Source of the DNA: Amoebidium appalachense
Lineage: Eukaryota; Protista; Ichthyosporea
Assembly: GCA_963693365.1 (NCBI GenBank)
Contig: CAVNZM010000002.1
Span: 3,488,259 to 3,552,258 of the forward strand
Length of the DNA: 64,000 nt
Direction of reading: 5' to 3'
Each line of letters starts with the position of its first letter. Within the stretch, counting starts at the first letter, position 1. The position numbers were made by a program, and so were the translations under genes. The notes beneath the pieces are model-generated. The model worked only from the letters and a program-made list of their open reading frames with translations, did not search any database and was not told the DNA's origin. Below are positions 1 to 19,856 of this stretch, piece by piece.

Positions 1-634
1 CAGGCCATTTTCGTTTATGACGGCTCGGTTGGCAAACACGCCACAATGGCACAATGCCCACACCCCACCCTACCCTCCCATGGTCCCCTCCCGGGCCCCC
101 CACTCTTCCAGCCCTTCATATATGCCGTGGGGGCTAGCCATCCAGAATATTAAATTTTCCAAAAATCCTAGCGCTAAAATCTTATATTCGGAATTTAGCC
201 TACCCCTGTAACTGGTAGGGGGGCCAGTCAGGGTTCGAAGGACGGTGGAGCCCATTAACGGAAGTCGAAATCCAGTTTCGGAAAACCTCTTCGAAAATCG
301 GAATGCTCCGTCGGAGCAGGCCCACCAAAAATCGTAATCATCGCGCATCAGTAAACTAGGGCATGCTTATTTGTGCCTATATTGCACCAAAATGTAATTA
401 TAATGCATACTCAAAAACCCCTGTGGTTATTAGAGGCCTTCCTGGTGTTGGCAGTTGAAGCTTTGAAGGAATAAAAGGGAAATATGAAGTGCATTAATGC
501 ACAATATATATGTACATTTTGTCTCCGTATTTAAAAATATGGGGAGGGGGGGGGGGGGGGGGGGGGGTGAGTTGAGGCAGCAACATGGGAAGCTCAGGCA
601 GAAATCGAATGTTTTGGGGGGGGCCGGGAGAGGT

Positions 635-665
<31 letters not shown>

Positions 666-861
666 AGAAAATCAGGTTGGGTGGTTGTGTCTGTGTTTGT
701 GTGTGTGTGAGTATTTTTCTTTGCAATTGTGTGTGTGTGTGTGTGGTGGGTATGTATGCACGGTTTGTGTGTCTGTGTGTATGTGTACAGGTGTGGGTGT
801 GTGTATTTGTGTCAGCGGTAATCGGTGTGTGTGTCTATGTTGTGTGCATGTGTGCACATGT

Positions 862-903
<42 letters not shown>

Positions 904-1090
904 ATGACATTGTGTGCATGTGTGTGTGTGTTTTGCGTCAACGGTTATGGTGTGCGTGTATGTATGTACAGTGTGTATATGTATGTGTGTGTGTGTGCAG
1001 TGTGGTGTGTATGTATGCAGGGTGTGTGTGTCTGTGTATGTGTGTGTACATGCCAGTGTGGGTGTGTGTGTTTGTACCAACAATTTCTTG

Positions 1091-1125
<35 letters not shown>

Positions 1126-1178
1126 GCCACGGAGTGTGTGTGCGTGCGCCGTGTACATGGTGTGTGTGTGCAGCGTAA

Positions 1179-1209
<31 letters not shown>

Positions 1210-1539
1210 TGTTTGTGTGTGTATGTGGGTGGGTGGGTGCATAGCATGTGATTGTACAGGGTGGATGCATGTGCACGTTTGTAATACAGTTATCATGATC
1301 TGAGATAGTATGTGCCTGCGCACGTGTACTAGCCTAGGTCACATGATTGTGTGGTGTCACGGCTGTGTATGTATGTGCATGTGCGTCTTTGAACGGAACA
1401 CAGTGGTGCACAGTGTGTGTATCGCCTGCCATTGAAGACGCGTGCCACTGATCGTGATACACGTGGCACCTGCACCTGGTGGCCGTCGACTCTGAGCATC
1501 TAGATCCATTCCATGTTTAGGCCTTCCTGGGGGGAATGT

Positions 1540-1570
<31 letters not shown>

Positions 1571-2813
1571 GGGGAGTACTAGTAGGGGGGGGGGGGGGGA
1601 AGGATCCGCCTGAGGGGGGGGGGGGGGGGGGGGGAGGGGTGAGGCCGGAGCGGCGGTGGGGGAGAAGGAGGGGCAGCACTGGTGGAGGGAACAGTGGGCA
1701 GCGGAGGAGGGGGGAATGGGGTTCGATTTCTGGGGGTGGGGGAGTTTTGAAGTGAAGGCCGGCCTATATCCAGTGATATACATGCGCAGGCATGTGCATT
1801 GTATGCTCATGTGGCCATGCATGGCTATGATGCATATGTGGTGTCACGGCTGTGTGTGTGTGAATTTGTGTGTGGGTGTCTGTGTGTGCGTGTGTGTGTG
1901 TGTGTGCGCGCGCGTGGGTGTGTGCATAAATGTGTTTGGTGTGACAACATGTACATGTGCTAGCTGGCGCTGTAGTCAGGGTCTGCCATTGAACATTCTA
2001 CAGGGACAGGGAGACACGTACATACGTGTGCAGCTTTCTGTGGGTGGTGTATGCCCCGTGTATGATGAGACCTGCGAAGGCATGAGAAGCTTCCCCCCCC
2101 GGGGGCCGGGGGGGGGGGGGGGGCTCTCGCACGTTCCGATTCGGCCGGGACGATTTTCGGAACTGTGTTTTCAAATATCGGAAATTCCGATTTTTTTCGT
2201 AACTTCGAACCCTGGGGCCAGTTGGCGCCAACAGGGTAGCTTACCCAATCATATCAACCCTTAAGGAATAAACCGGATGTGGGTAAAACCCCAGCAATGA
2301 CACTGTGAGCGCTCTACAGTATACTCTGATGATATGTGGTAGACGAAAGAGGTTCAATAAAATAAGTAGTATCAAAAGCAAGTATTATAAATTTTAACCA
2401 TAATTCAAGCTTCTCAAAAGGACTAACGGTTGATCAAAGAAGGCGCTTTATTATGATTCATGCGGGCATTTCTGTCCTAGTTTATGTCATGTTCCTGCGG
2501 GCTTGCCGCGCTCTTTCAGGAATGTGATGACCCATCAACCAGTGTTCAACGCTTAGAGCAGCCAGAAGCCTTCGAACAAAGAAGTCATAAGGTTTCGGCA
2601 AATGCACCATCATATCCATCAGGGTGTATAGGACGATCAGCGTAGGCTGGGCTATAATATATTTACCTACCATATGATCATACAGAAATTCTTTTGGCCG
2701 CCTACATGGCAAACTGAAAACAAAAAGTTGCCACGAAACTGTAGCAGCAACTTATTTGAAAAAGGTGTTTTTGATCGGTGAACAATATTCCATCGATATC
2801 CGTTTATACAAAA

Positions 2814-8331
<5,518 letters not shown>

Positions 8332-8578
8332 TTTGTTTTCGAAAGTGGTGGTGCCGGTGGAGGTGATTGTGCCTGGTGGGGGGGGGAAGGGGGAGGTAGT
8401 CTCCCTAGATGGGGCTGAGGCAGGTGCGGCGCCTGGGTCGTGAGGTTTGGAATTTCGAGGGGAAGGGTGTGTGTGTGGGGGAGGAGGGGGGGGGGGGGGG
8501 GGGGGAGGGGGGGGAGGGGGGGGGGGTGTCGATGGTGATTGTGTGCCTTTTCTCTCTCCTTTTTTCGTGTGTGAAAGT

Positions 8579-8652
<74 letters not shown>

Positions 8653-9132
8653 CTGGTTACGGAGCAGATTCTGTCCATGTGTGTGTTTCTGGATGTTCTT
8701 CTAGTCTGGGCGGGGCCAATGTGGATGACTGCTTTTGTATATCGATTGTTGTGGTGCTTGAACCGTGAGGTTGACTAGATATGTGTGAGATATAACATGG
8801 ATTTTTGATGTTGAATTATAATAAGAGAAGGAGCTACGAGGCTCTCAACACGTCACATGGATATGTTTTTGATGTACTTGATACTCTTGATTAAACGATG
8901 GGGAAGAAGCTGAGATTGACTAACGCGTTGCTGATAGCATTTTTGTCTATCTTTAGATTTGAGATATAAGATGTATTCAAAAAATTATATCTACAGTAAT
9001 TAACACCATAAATGGTATAAGAAGACGTTGTTTTGTGTCGCAAAATATGTGATTGTCGGCTGGGATGCTCGTGAGGAGACAAGAGCACAATTCACGAGAT
9101 ATACTTAGTAAACGTCTTGTAGAGAGTGCCTC

Positions 9133-9196
<64 letters not shown>

Positions 9197-9501
9197 ACAC
9201 ACACCACCACCACTGCCACCACCACACACACACAAAGCCTCTCAGCCCGAAGAAATACACAGACATACATCTACCAGACGTGTACACACTACACATGCAC
9301 ACACACACACACACCAAGCACATGTACGTACCCACACAAGCACGCACACAACACACAGGCATCTATGGCCACACATCCACGCAGTGCCGTTGCAGATTGC
9401 ACACAATCACACGCACGCACACACACACGCACGCACACACACACAGTCACACACCGCAACACACACACAGAGAGAGAGGGCTCTGAGAGAGGGGGGGAGG
9501 G

Positions 9502-9535
<34 letters not shown>

Positions 9536-9802
9536 CACAGGAAATTTCGCACCGGGAAATTTTTGCACTGAAGGTTGTAATTATTTTGTTATAATTTTGT
9601 CAATGGGGTTTTCGCAGGGTTTCTTCGTGCTCATTGGTCATGCCAGACTACAAAATGAATAGCACGCCGTTTTCTGTTAGCTGTTTTTGTTGATTTTCTA
9701 TGAACTTTTGGACAGCCAAAGAAAGCCAACTTTGTGTCCCCCTAAACCCCCGTTACGGCGTAACTGGCGGCCGCGGGGGCAAGCCTTGAAATCCAAAGGG
9801 GG

Positions 9803-9834
<32 letters not shown>

Positions 9835-12800
9835 GGGGGGAGGGGGGGGGGGGGGGGGGGGGGCACATTAAAATTTCAAATTCCATTCAAGTATGTAGTC
9901 TGTATACATTGCGTCCAGTACCATTCATGATATCGGATGATAAATCTCTTTCATATACTGCATACACTATGACAGATTTTCTGTCACTAAATAGACAACC
10001 GTTACAGTGTGTACATAGCCACGCTGGTAGTGAAGTTGTTCAGGAGCCGGCCAGTGCGGAACCTTTTGGCCTGAGAGAGCGGCCAATAAATGCCAATGAT
10101 TTTTACTGTACGGCCGCCACCCAGCTTCCCCACTCCCCCCCCCCCCCCCCCCTCCTCCCCCTCCCCCCCCCCCCCCTCCCCCCCCCCCCCCCCCCCCCCG
10201 GCTCCAAAGCCCCTACCCGCGCGGGCCGTTGTGTTCTGAGATTCTTATGTCCCTGCCCCCCCCAGGGCCCCTGAATCCATAGAAACAAAATGCTTCTCTT
10301 CTTTGAAATTCTTTTTCAACTAAGCAAGAATCCTTCCGTCACTTAGATTGCAACGGTTCTTGCATTTCGGCAGCTAACATCATATAAAGGTATTTTCTTC
10401 GCTGATTTTTCAACGACTAGTGTGTGCGCATGTGTGTGTACTGGTACGGTGTGCTTGCGTTTGTGCATGCATACACAGTGAGTGTGTGTGTGTGTGGCCG
10501 TGCATTGATATTTATGTAAGCGCGAGCAGGCACGTGTGGTGCTCAGTAGACATGGTGTATCCGGAAGTTGTAGAAGTAGAACCGCCTGTTGTTAATAAGT
10601 TAATAATTAAAGACGTGGCCCACACGCTTCGGCACACGCGTGGCACACTTACACACGAAGATCCACATTCTTTCACCCTTGCACACCGGATCTTATCAAC
10701 CCACCCAGTGGCACCCGCACTCGTACACAAGTACAAACACGCGTGCATACACACATACCCACATCGTGATCAACCCATCCGCACACTGTCACACACTGGC
10801 GCCTGCCGCACACCAGCAGGCAGAGGCCACATGAACGCAGATAAAGACAATACAGGCTTCTAATAATGGCCACAAGTGAAGCTAAGGTCTGTAAGGGGAG
10901 TGTGATACCAGTCAACCAGGTGAGAGATAGCCTCACCATTTGTGTTCTGTGCTGGCGTGTATATGTCCTGTGTGTGGTATACACGTATATTCTTGGTCAA
11001 CAGTGAAGAATACGTATACATAACAACCTGCTTTCATGCTTGGCCTTCAACTTGAAGTTGTCAAAGTGACCGAAAAGCCTTGGTTATGAACGACACTATT
11101 AGTAGTGGTTGGTGTATTGAGGTGTGAATGATGTGTGTGCATGTTCGAAGAATGTGGCGGAGCTGGAAGAGCTGGTGCATTTGTGTTTGGTGTGAAAGAT
11201 TACCCAGTTAACGAGCAGAACCCGTTCAAACAAAATCCCTCAAGACAATACACAAGCGTTCTATTCAGGGACGGCCAGAGAGACCGATGATGATCATGAG
11301 GTGACTGAGCATAGCTTGGAATCGCTGCAGTAAGTAGGAGCTGAAAGATACGGGAAAGGACTCTTTACAAAACGATTGACTATCAACTTAGCCGAAATCC
11401 ACAATTGTATCTCTTGTCATAGGAGGCCTTAGTCCAGAAAAATGAAAAGCGAAGGAGAAGCGACTCTAGCTGAGGGTGGAAAACAAAACCGTTTTGTGGG
11501 AAAACACAAGCATGAATCATGCATGATGAAGCATCCATGGCGTGCTCATGCTTCGCTCATACGCCATCATTAGCACACATTTGATTGGTCACAGTCTATG
11601 TCGCTTCTACTTAATATGTGGTGTCAAGTAGAATCCAGATATTTTCAAAATTCTTGCTAATATATCCGTGTAAAAACCCTCTTTTCACAGGAAGCAAAAG
11701 CAAGGTGAACACGGTCTAAGTACCTAAAATTGCGATTACTTTAAGACAAATCAAGCATCATATATGTGCGTAATATAATAGTTTATAAAAATTATCTATA
11801 ACTATAAGCCCAAGAGCTTCAGTGTAGGCGAATGTCCTGCCTCGTCGGCATCGGATCACAATTTACATTGACATTGAAAAATGATTTCAGAAAGCTACCC
11901 CACCTTATTCGGATAGGTTACGTAATTCAACGCATGTTTACAAACTTTTTCATTTCCGTCGTCTTCACTTCTCGCTCTGTCGTCTGTGTTTTTGCCGTGA
12001 CTTCCTTCCCTCAGCCAAACAAAGCCGAAAGATATAGGAATAACAACCGTAACAAAGCCTTGTTTTCTTTCTGATATAAAAACTAATTGTATGATGAACT
12101 AGAAAACACATGATCCTCGTGTGACTGTGTTTAGACACCTGTACTACCTAATATTCAGTGCTGGAACTTTGCGGTAACCCTGACAAGCAGACAGAGGAAG
12201 GAGGATTCTGTGGATCCAAGAAATTTTCTAAGGGACTTTGGGTTTCCTTTTCCTGTTTTCGGACTTTGATTGGCACTAGGCAGGGCTTCACACTTAAGCC
12301 TAGTCATCTCTTGTGCTACAAAGCGTATCCCATCTGCAAGGATGTCAACACAACGAGCAGGGCATCAAGCAGACGACAAGTGCCCCATCTTGCTCGTGTC
12401 TGGTTTCCTTGTTTCTGGGGTGGTCGGCGAGGCATGCTGGGGTGAAGCAACAAGGTAAAGAACTGTTCCAGTGTTGAGATTTTCCCATGCCTCACTGTGT
12501 TTTTGGCCTTCTCATATCATCCTGCTTGGCTATGATACTTTTTCGCGTGCCCTTCCCTTTCCAAGCCCTGCAAGATTCCGCCAGCTGCTTGGCTGTTTTC
12601 GATATATGCTGGTTGGGAAAACACTTCAAGACTTCCTGCCCTCCCTGTCTCTGACTATTGCACGCCTCGAATTCGTTGATGCCTGTTGCCAGCTCCGAAA
12701 GCTTTGTTGTCTGCTGCTCAGGTGCACACCGGTTGAAGTAGCCATCTGATAAGCACCATTTGAATTTCTGTCGGCAAGAAGAGGACTGTTTTGCATCTGG

Positions 12801-13172
12801 AGGACCATTCTACAAAAGGCACACTGTCGTGGCATCATTATATTTTCTGTCTGTCAGCCGGGTGAGACTCGGTTGTAGCGCCCTGCAGGATTCCGTCGCC
12901 TGTCTTGTTTATTCCAGAAACAGAAACAATAACAACAAAAGGTCAACATCTTGTCAATAATTCTACCCCCCACTCCCCCCCCCCCCCCCCTTCCCCTCCC
13001 CCTCCCCCCCCCCCCCCCCCCCCCCCCCCGCCCCGACATGTTCGCTCTCTCCCATAACGTAAAAGAAAGGAAACACACCCTTCCAGTATGTGTGGTACTT
13101 AAACCATTTAGCATATTCCACTACTACATAGTCTATCATATCATGATACTGACATTTTCTTCCTGGGAACAG

Positions 13173-13365
13173 ACTAGGGCAGAGGACCATTCTCTCCCGC
13201 TGTGGCCCAGGCAGCTCGGCGCACGACAGGGCATGTGAACTCTTTTACCAGCTGGTGGGGGGGAGGGTGGACTATGGGGAGGAGCATGCTGCCAAGCACG
13301 GCCATGAAAGGTTGGTTTTGCGGTTCTGGGGTAGTTGTAAGATAAATTACTATTTGAATGTGTGG

Positions 13366-13405
<40 letters not shown>

Positions 13406-14073
13406 TGGGCGCGAGAAAAGGCCACAAAGAGCAAATCCTGTGCAACGCCATGTGCAAACGCACATATCTAATTTGTGCCCGGCGGTGGGCACAGTATGTG
13501 TGGCACCGGGCCCAACACGATTTAGTATAGGAACCAATAACAGCGCAGTATTATTCAGGCTCTGAAATCCCCGTAAGACCCATAGAAAGTGACCAATCAC
13601 AATGCAGCGGTTAAACAAACACGCAAATCGTGCATGCAGGTACGGCAAGGACTATGGGGCTGGAGAGTACCTCACATGGTGTGAGGCCGATCCCATCCAC
13701 GTGGTGGGCCACAGCTTTGGCGGTACCACGGCCAGAGTCCTGCAGCAGCTACTGGCTGACAGACACTTTCCTGGATACAACACAAGTGCTGCTTGGTATG
13801 TTTGGCCCCCTCTTCCCCCCCCCCCTCGCCGCCACCACCACCACTAGGCACACACAGGCATACACAGGCATAGACACATACAGACACGCACATCCACACA
13901 TACGGGAAAAGAAACGAAGAGAAAAGAAAATAGAAACAAAAAGCACTCCGCTGATGGTGCACACTGGAATGATAAATATGCTGTTCCTACTGCTCTCTCT
14001 GACCCCCCCCCCCCCCCCCCCCCCCCCCCGTCCCCCCGGTCTCCCCCTCTCCCCCATAATACCACCACCACCA

Positions 14074-14116
<43 letters not shown>

Positions 14117-14335
14117 CCACTCGTTTCCTCACACACACACACACACACATGCTCACACACACGAGCCTCCCAACACCCACATGAGGACTTCCCACTTGTT
14201 TTCTCCTTACATTTATCTTTCACCCACCCCTCCCCCCCCCCCCCCCCCCCCCTCCCCCTTTACTCCTTACTGCACTTTGAACTCTGTACTTATATTGAAC
14301 CCCCTCTCCCCCCCATACCCCCCCCCCCCCCCCCA

Positions 14336-14392
<57 letters not shown>

Positions 14393-15115
14393 CCCACCTC
14401 TTTTACTCTTGCTTGTTTATTTAATGCCTGTTTACTTCAAGCTACTGATTTTTGCACTTGTTCACTTTTCGTTTACTCGTTCAGTTGTTTGTGTGTTTGT
14501 TTGTTGATTTAATTTTTATATTGTTTTCATCCCATCAAAATTAAACATGTTTTTTCTGCCTTTCCAGGATCCGCAGTGTCACCACCATCTCCACCCCCCA
14601 CAACGGAAGCAACCTTGTGTATGCCCTGGGTGCGGACCCGGTTATCCCCGGTTTCGTCTGGCCCCTGTTTCCCGGTTGGATAATCTCGAAAATTGTATAT
14701 CTATGGGACTATCTACCGGTTCCCGAGTATGCGAGGAGCCTGGTTTTCGACGCGCAGATAGACCACTGGCCGGCGAAAAAGTGGATGGACAGCACGTCAT
14801 ATCTCGGAAAATTGGGGGGCTTTTTGCAGAGTGCGATACGTGGGCCACCGTATATGGACTGTGTGGATAATGCGCCGTTTGATATGACACCTGTGGGCAC
14901 GGCTATCATCAACAATACTACACAGGTATGCATTTTCTACTGCTATCTCATTGGGGGTTTCATAATTCCCTTTTTTTCTTTTTTTTTTTTTTTTTTTTGG
15001 CAGAGAGGGTGATGGAGAGAGACTGAGGGGGGGGGGGAAAGCTTGCTGGGGCATTGTAATGTCAGAGGCGGTGATGAGGTGTGGTTCAGGATGAAACATC
15101 TTTCTGTGAGATTAA

Positions 15116-15146
<31 letters not shown>

Positions 15147-15516
15147 TGTTTGTCTTACACACAGTGTGGCCGGGACATCTCAGCTCGGTTTTATGGCTAG
15201 CGCATAGATACAATATCCACCTGGTGTCAGGTTTATTTCAAGTGAATTTTACTTGAGGACCGTTGAGGCCCTTTTTTTTTTTTTTTTTTTTTCCCCTTAG
15301 TGTGTTTGGTTTGTTGTTTGTGGTGGTGGTGGTGGTTTTTGTTCTTCGATGTCTTTGTTTTGTTTTTTGCCCTCTAATGCATGCATCTACCTATTCCCAA
15401 CCTCCGCTCCTTCTTCCTCCCCCCCCCCTCCCCCCTCCCCCTCGTCCCCCCCCCCCCCTCTCCCCCTCCCCCACCCAAAAAAAAAAAGAAAGACCCACCC
15501 ACCCACCTATCAACAC

Positions 15517-15594
<78 letters not shown>

Positions 15595-16148
15595 CGGCCC
15601 ACCCAAGCACCTACTACTTCAGCTACGTAGCAACCATGACTGAACGACCCTTCTGGTCCGAGACACACTGGCCCAAGATCACAAACATCACCTCTATGGC
15701 TCTCTCCCCCTCCGCGTTTCTACTCGGGCGACCGGCATCGATAACCCCTACGGAATTGGAAAGCTGTGTGGGTGATAGTAGTTTGCAAATCCCACGGTTT
15801 TCAGGGGAAATTGAGTTGGCGAATGATGGGCTGTGCTCGGCTGGATCACAGGCGCACCCGTATGCGTGTGATGATGTGAGGTTGGGCAAGTGCGGCGGGT
15901 GTGTGCATGCAGGTGAGGTTTCCTGTCCTCCTTTTTTTTTTTTTTTTCCTCCTCTCCCCCCTCCCCCCCTCCCCCCCTCTTTTTTTGGTGGTTGGGATCA
16001 TTCTCATCCTCCTCCTCCCACCCTCCCCGGGTGCCTCCCAAACACGCACAAACCACCCACTACCACCACCACCACACCGCCAAAAAGCATGCACAATTAT
16101 ACCCTCGAATCCCTACCATCACTGACACTACGCTCTCCCCCCCCCCCC

Positions 16149-16179
<31 letters not shown>

Positions 16180-17167
16180 ACACACGTTATCGTCCTTACA
16201 AGAAGAATTTCAATGCTTTTTGCCAGCATGGGCCCTCCCCCTTTCCTCCCCCCTTCCCCCCCTCCCCCCCTCCCCCCCCCCCCCCCCCCCCCCCCCCCCC
16301 ATCTTCTTCAACCACGACCAACATCACCGTCCCTTGTACTACAAGTGCCATATGCTTGCCGTTGCCAGAGATAGCCACTGGCACTTTCTTCTCCATTATG
16401 GTCGGTGTAGTATTGGTGTATTGGCATGCATTAAATGGAAAATGGCCGGGGGGGGGGGGGGGGGGGGGGGGAGGATACCTTTGAGTATCCACGCCGAGTT
16501 TGAAGTCCCCCCCCCCACACCCCCCCCCCCCTCCCCCCCGGGCTCTTATCCTCCATGCCACACATACACACACACAACCAAACCCCCATACACATGTTTG
16601 CATGCAAGGCAAACTTAACAAACTGATTAAGCCTCATTTCAGATCACAAACGGTTTCCCCCCGAACTTCTCTTTCCATACCGGCTTTCTTTCTCATGCGT
16701 GAAGGTTGCACTCTCGCACCCCAGTAACACCCATGCAATCACCAAATTATTCTTCTGCCACTCACTGGCCTTGTTTTCCCTCCTTGTCCCGTTCGCTCAT
16801 TTTAATAGTTTGATGGTATCCGGCGATTCCCCTCATACGGCGACTCACATCATACAATCTATCGTCTTCCCCTTGGCTCTGCTTATACCCGGCCCTGGGT
16901 TGAAGCGGATTGATACAACTACACACCTACATCAGAACACTAGAACTAACTATGCTCGTTTCTATTTTCCCTTATTCAGGACCCGCTGGATTTGGATCCG
17001 GTTGCGAGTTCAAGTCAGGAAAGTGGTACGTCACATCGATCCAAGACACAAGCCACCTGTGCATCGTGGGTGTGCCCAAGTCTTCAGAGGCACAGAGGGA
17101 GTTTTTCAAGAGACTCTTCGATAGGTTGGATTCACTCAACCCTTGCACGCCTAGGGCGGGAGCTTAG
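13173..17167 (+). CDS. Alpha/beta-hydrolase lipase resembling bacterial family I.5/I.6; exons 13173-13310, 13640-13795, 14568-14925, 15594-15912, 16980-17167; 5' exon not identified
   Basis: Motifs [44 protein letters not shown] (catalytic Ser), [21 protein letters not shown] (Asp) and W....DTSHLCIVG (His). All four junctions are phase-consistent. Confidence 0.85.
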
Positions 17168-17683
17168 AAAATTGCATTAATGGTTACCTAAATGTAAATA
17201 AATGAACGAGGTTCGAACTCTAATGCCAGCATCGTCGTTGATGAGACGAGGATTGGAGTGATTGGAGTGGCAGACGACGTTCCGTATTAATTATTGTAAT
17301 CAAAGTTTCAGATGTAACAATAAGAAGCATAGTGTGGCGGTAGTGGTGACTCGGGGTGTTAAAATGCCGGCTGGAAAAGGGGCATGGCAGCAGTTGTGAA
17401 TTGTTGGGGTTTGCTGCGTTAGTTATTGGATATGCTGATTGAATGTGAAGAAAACGGGTGTGTGACGGTTTGAAACTTCGGAGGCGGTGGGGATCGAGAG
17501 ACCGTTGAGATTAAAAAGCATCTTTTGCCCTCCAAAAAATGTGTTGCCAATGAGAGAATATAGAACAAGTATGTTATGAATGTGAATGAATGAGGAGGAG
17601 GCTGTAAAAAATAAACTTTCAAATAGTGCCATGCTTGGGCTGGGAATGCCGGGTTGATTGTGAAACCAAGGCCCTCTATAAAG

Positions 17684-17793
<110 letters not shown>

Positions 17794-19061
17794 ACACACA
17801 CACACACACACTCTCTCTCTCTCTCTCTATCTCCCCCCCCCCCACCTCCCCCCCCCCTTTTCTTTCTCTCTTTCTCCCTCTCCAAATCTCTCTCTCTCTC
17901 CCTCTCACTAGATCTCGCTCTCTCCCCCCCCTTCCCCCCCCCCCCCCCCCCCTTTCCCCTACTTCTCTCTATCTCTCCTCTCCCTCCATCTCTTTCTCTC
18001 TCTCTCAACCCTGCCCCTCCACCCCCCCCCCCCCCTCTCTATCCGAGTCCATCTCTATGTCTTTCTGTCATTCTTCTCTCTGTCTCTCCGATGTTTGTGT
18101 TTCCGTGTGTGTGTGTGTGTCTGTGTGTACGTGTGCGTGTGCGGGCGCGCACACGTGTGTGCATGTACTTGTGCGTGTGTTTGTGTGTGTGTGTGTGTGT
18201 GCATATGTGCATGTGGGTGTGTGAGCCTCTCATGAGTGGAAAAACACGTGTGTTTGCGTGCGTGTGCGTGTGTTTACAACCTGACAAGTGTACACGTGTG
18301 TGTGTTTGTGTGTTTGTGTTCGCTGGTGTCGCAATCTGGGCCGTTGCTCAAGCACTTATGCCCTGTAGTTCTAGGCATAAATTGTCCCTCGATTCACTTC
18401 AAAGTTGCTCGGAGTCACGCCACCTCTGTGTTCTATTGAATTCGAAGCCTCACCTCCGTGCATATTACAATAAACTATATAGCAAAGAACCGACTGTGAT
18501 AATCGGACAGCCGCTGTAATCAACATCAATAATAAAGGTTGGGTGCTTGCTTGCGTGCGGGCGTGCGGGCGTGCGGGCAAGCGTGCCGCGGAGGGGCGTG
18601 CGGGCGTGCCGGCGGATGTGTGTGCGTGGGTTCAAGTGACACTCACATACACACACACACGCACACGCGCGCACACACGCACAAATACACAAACATACAC
18701 GCACACGCACACGCACACACATGCGTACACGCACACGTGGGCGTACGCGCGCGCACACACACACACACACACACCGTACAAACACACACACACGCGCGCG
18801 GCGCACACAACTTGACACACAACACACCACACACAGAGAGAGCAAGAGACCGATGCTGGAGGGAGGGGGGAGGGGGGGGGAGGGGGGGGGGGGGGGAGCT
18901 CTAGAGAGAGAGCGAGAGAGAGTATTCAGAGAGAGAGAAAGCGAGGGGAAGAGAGAGAGAGGCAGAGAGAGAGGTATACACGTGTGTGTGTGCGTGTGTG
19001 TGTGTACATGTGTGTAAAGGTGCGTGTGTGTGTGTGAGTGTGTGTGTGTTCATGTGTGTGT

Positions 19062-19113
<52 letters not shown>

Positions 19114-19227
19114 TGAGTGAGTGAGTGAGTGTAGTACTAGTGTGTGTGTGTGTGTGCGTGTCACGAGCGTGTGCGTGCGTGTACACGTGTGTGCGCGTGC
19201 ACATGTGTGTACCGAGCGTGTTACACA

Positions 19228-19270
<43 letters not shown>

Positions 19271-19287
19271 CTGTGTGTGTACACGTA

Positions 19288-19384
<97 letters not shown>

Positions 19385-19410
19385 AATTCAATCGGAGGGG
19401 GAAATTCAGT

Positions 19411-19445
<35 letters not shown>

Positions 19446-19856
19446 TGGATCCACTATTGCATTTGACGTCATCATTGATCACATGCTCAGATCGTAAAAT
19501 TCTAACAGCCAATCATGTAGCCTTGTTACGTGATTGGATAGATAGCAAGCCAATCATGAATATTTGTAATCCGGCCCTTGATCGTTTCAGAAACTGGCAT
19601 AAGATTCATTCGAGGAAGGCAACGAACACACTGTGCGGCTTCTCGCTGCCGCAACATGACAACATGTGCACATCTCTCGAGACTTTGCCTGTTGTGAGTA
19701 TTCATCGATATATAGACACATATAGAGGCTACTTGTGTGTTTGCTTGTGTGTGCTTGTGTGTGCGCGTGCGTCGTGTGACGGTGTGTGAAGCTGGTCAGT
19801 GCTCACTGTCAACTAGGCCCCTGCAAAAAAAATCCCGCATATCTTTTGATTTATAA

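Noticed and set aside
2482-2712. 76-aa minus-strand ORF upstream of the ankyrin gene
   Set aside because: Non-ATG start, no recognisable motif and no linked exons found.
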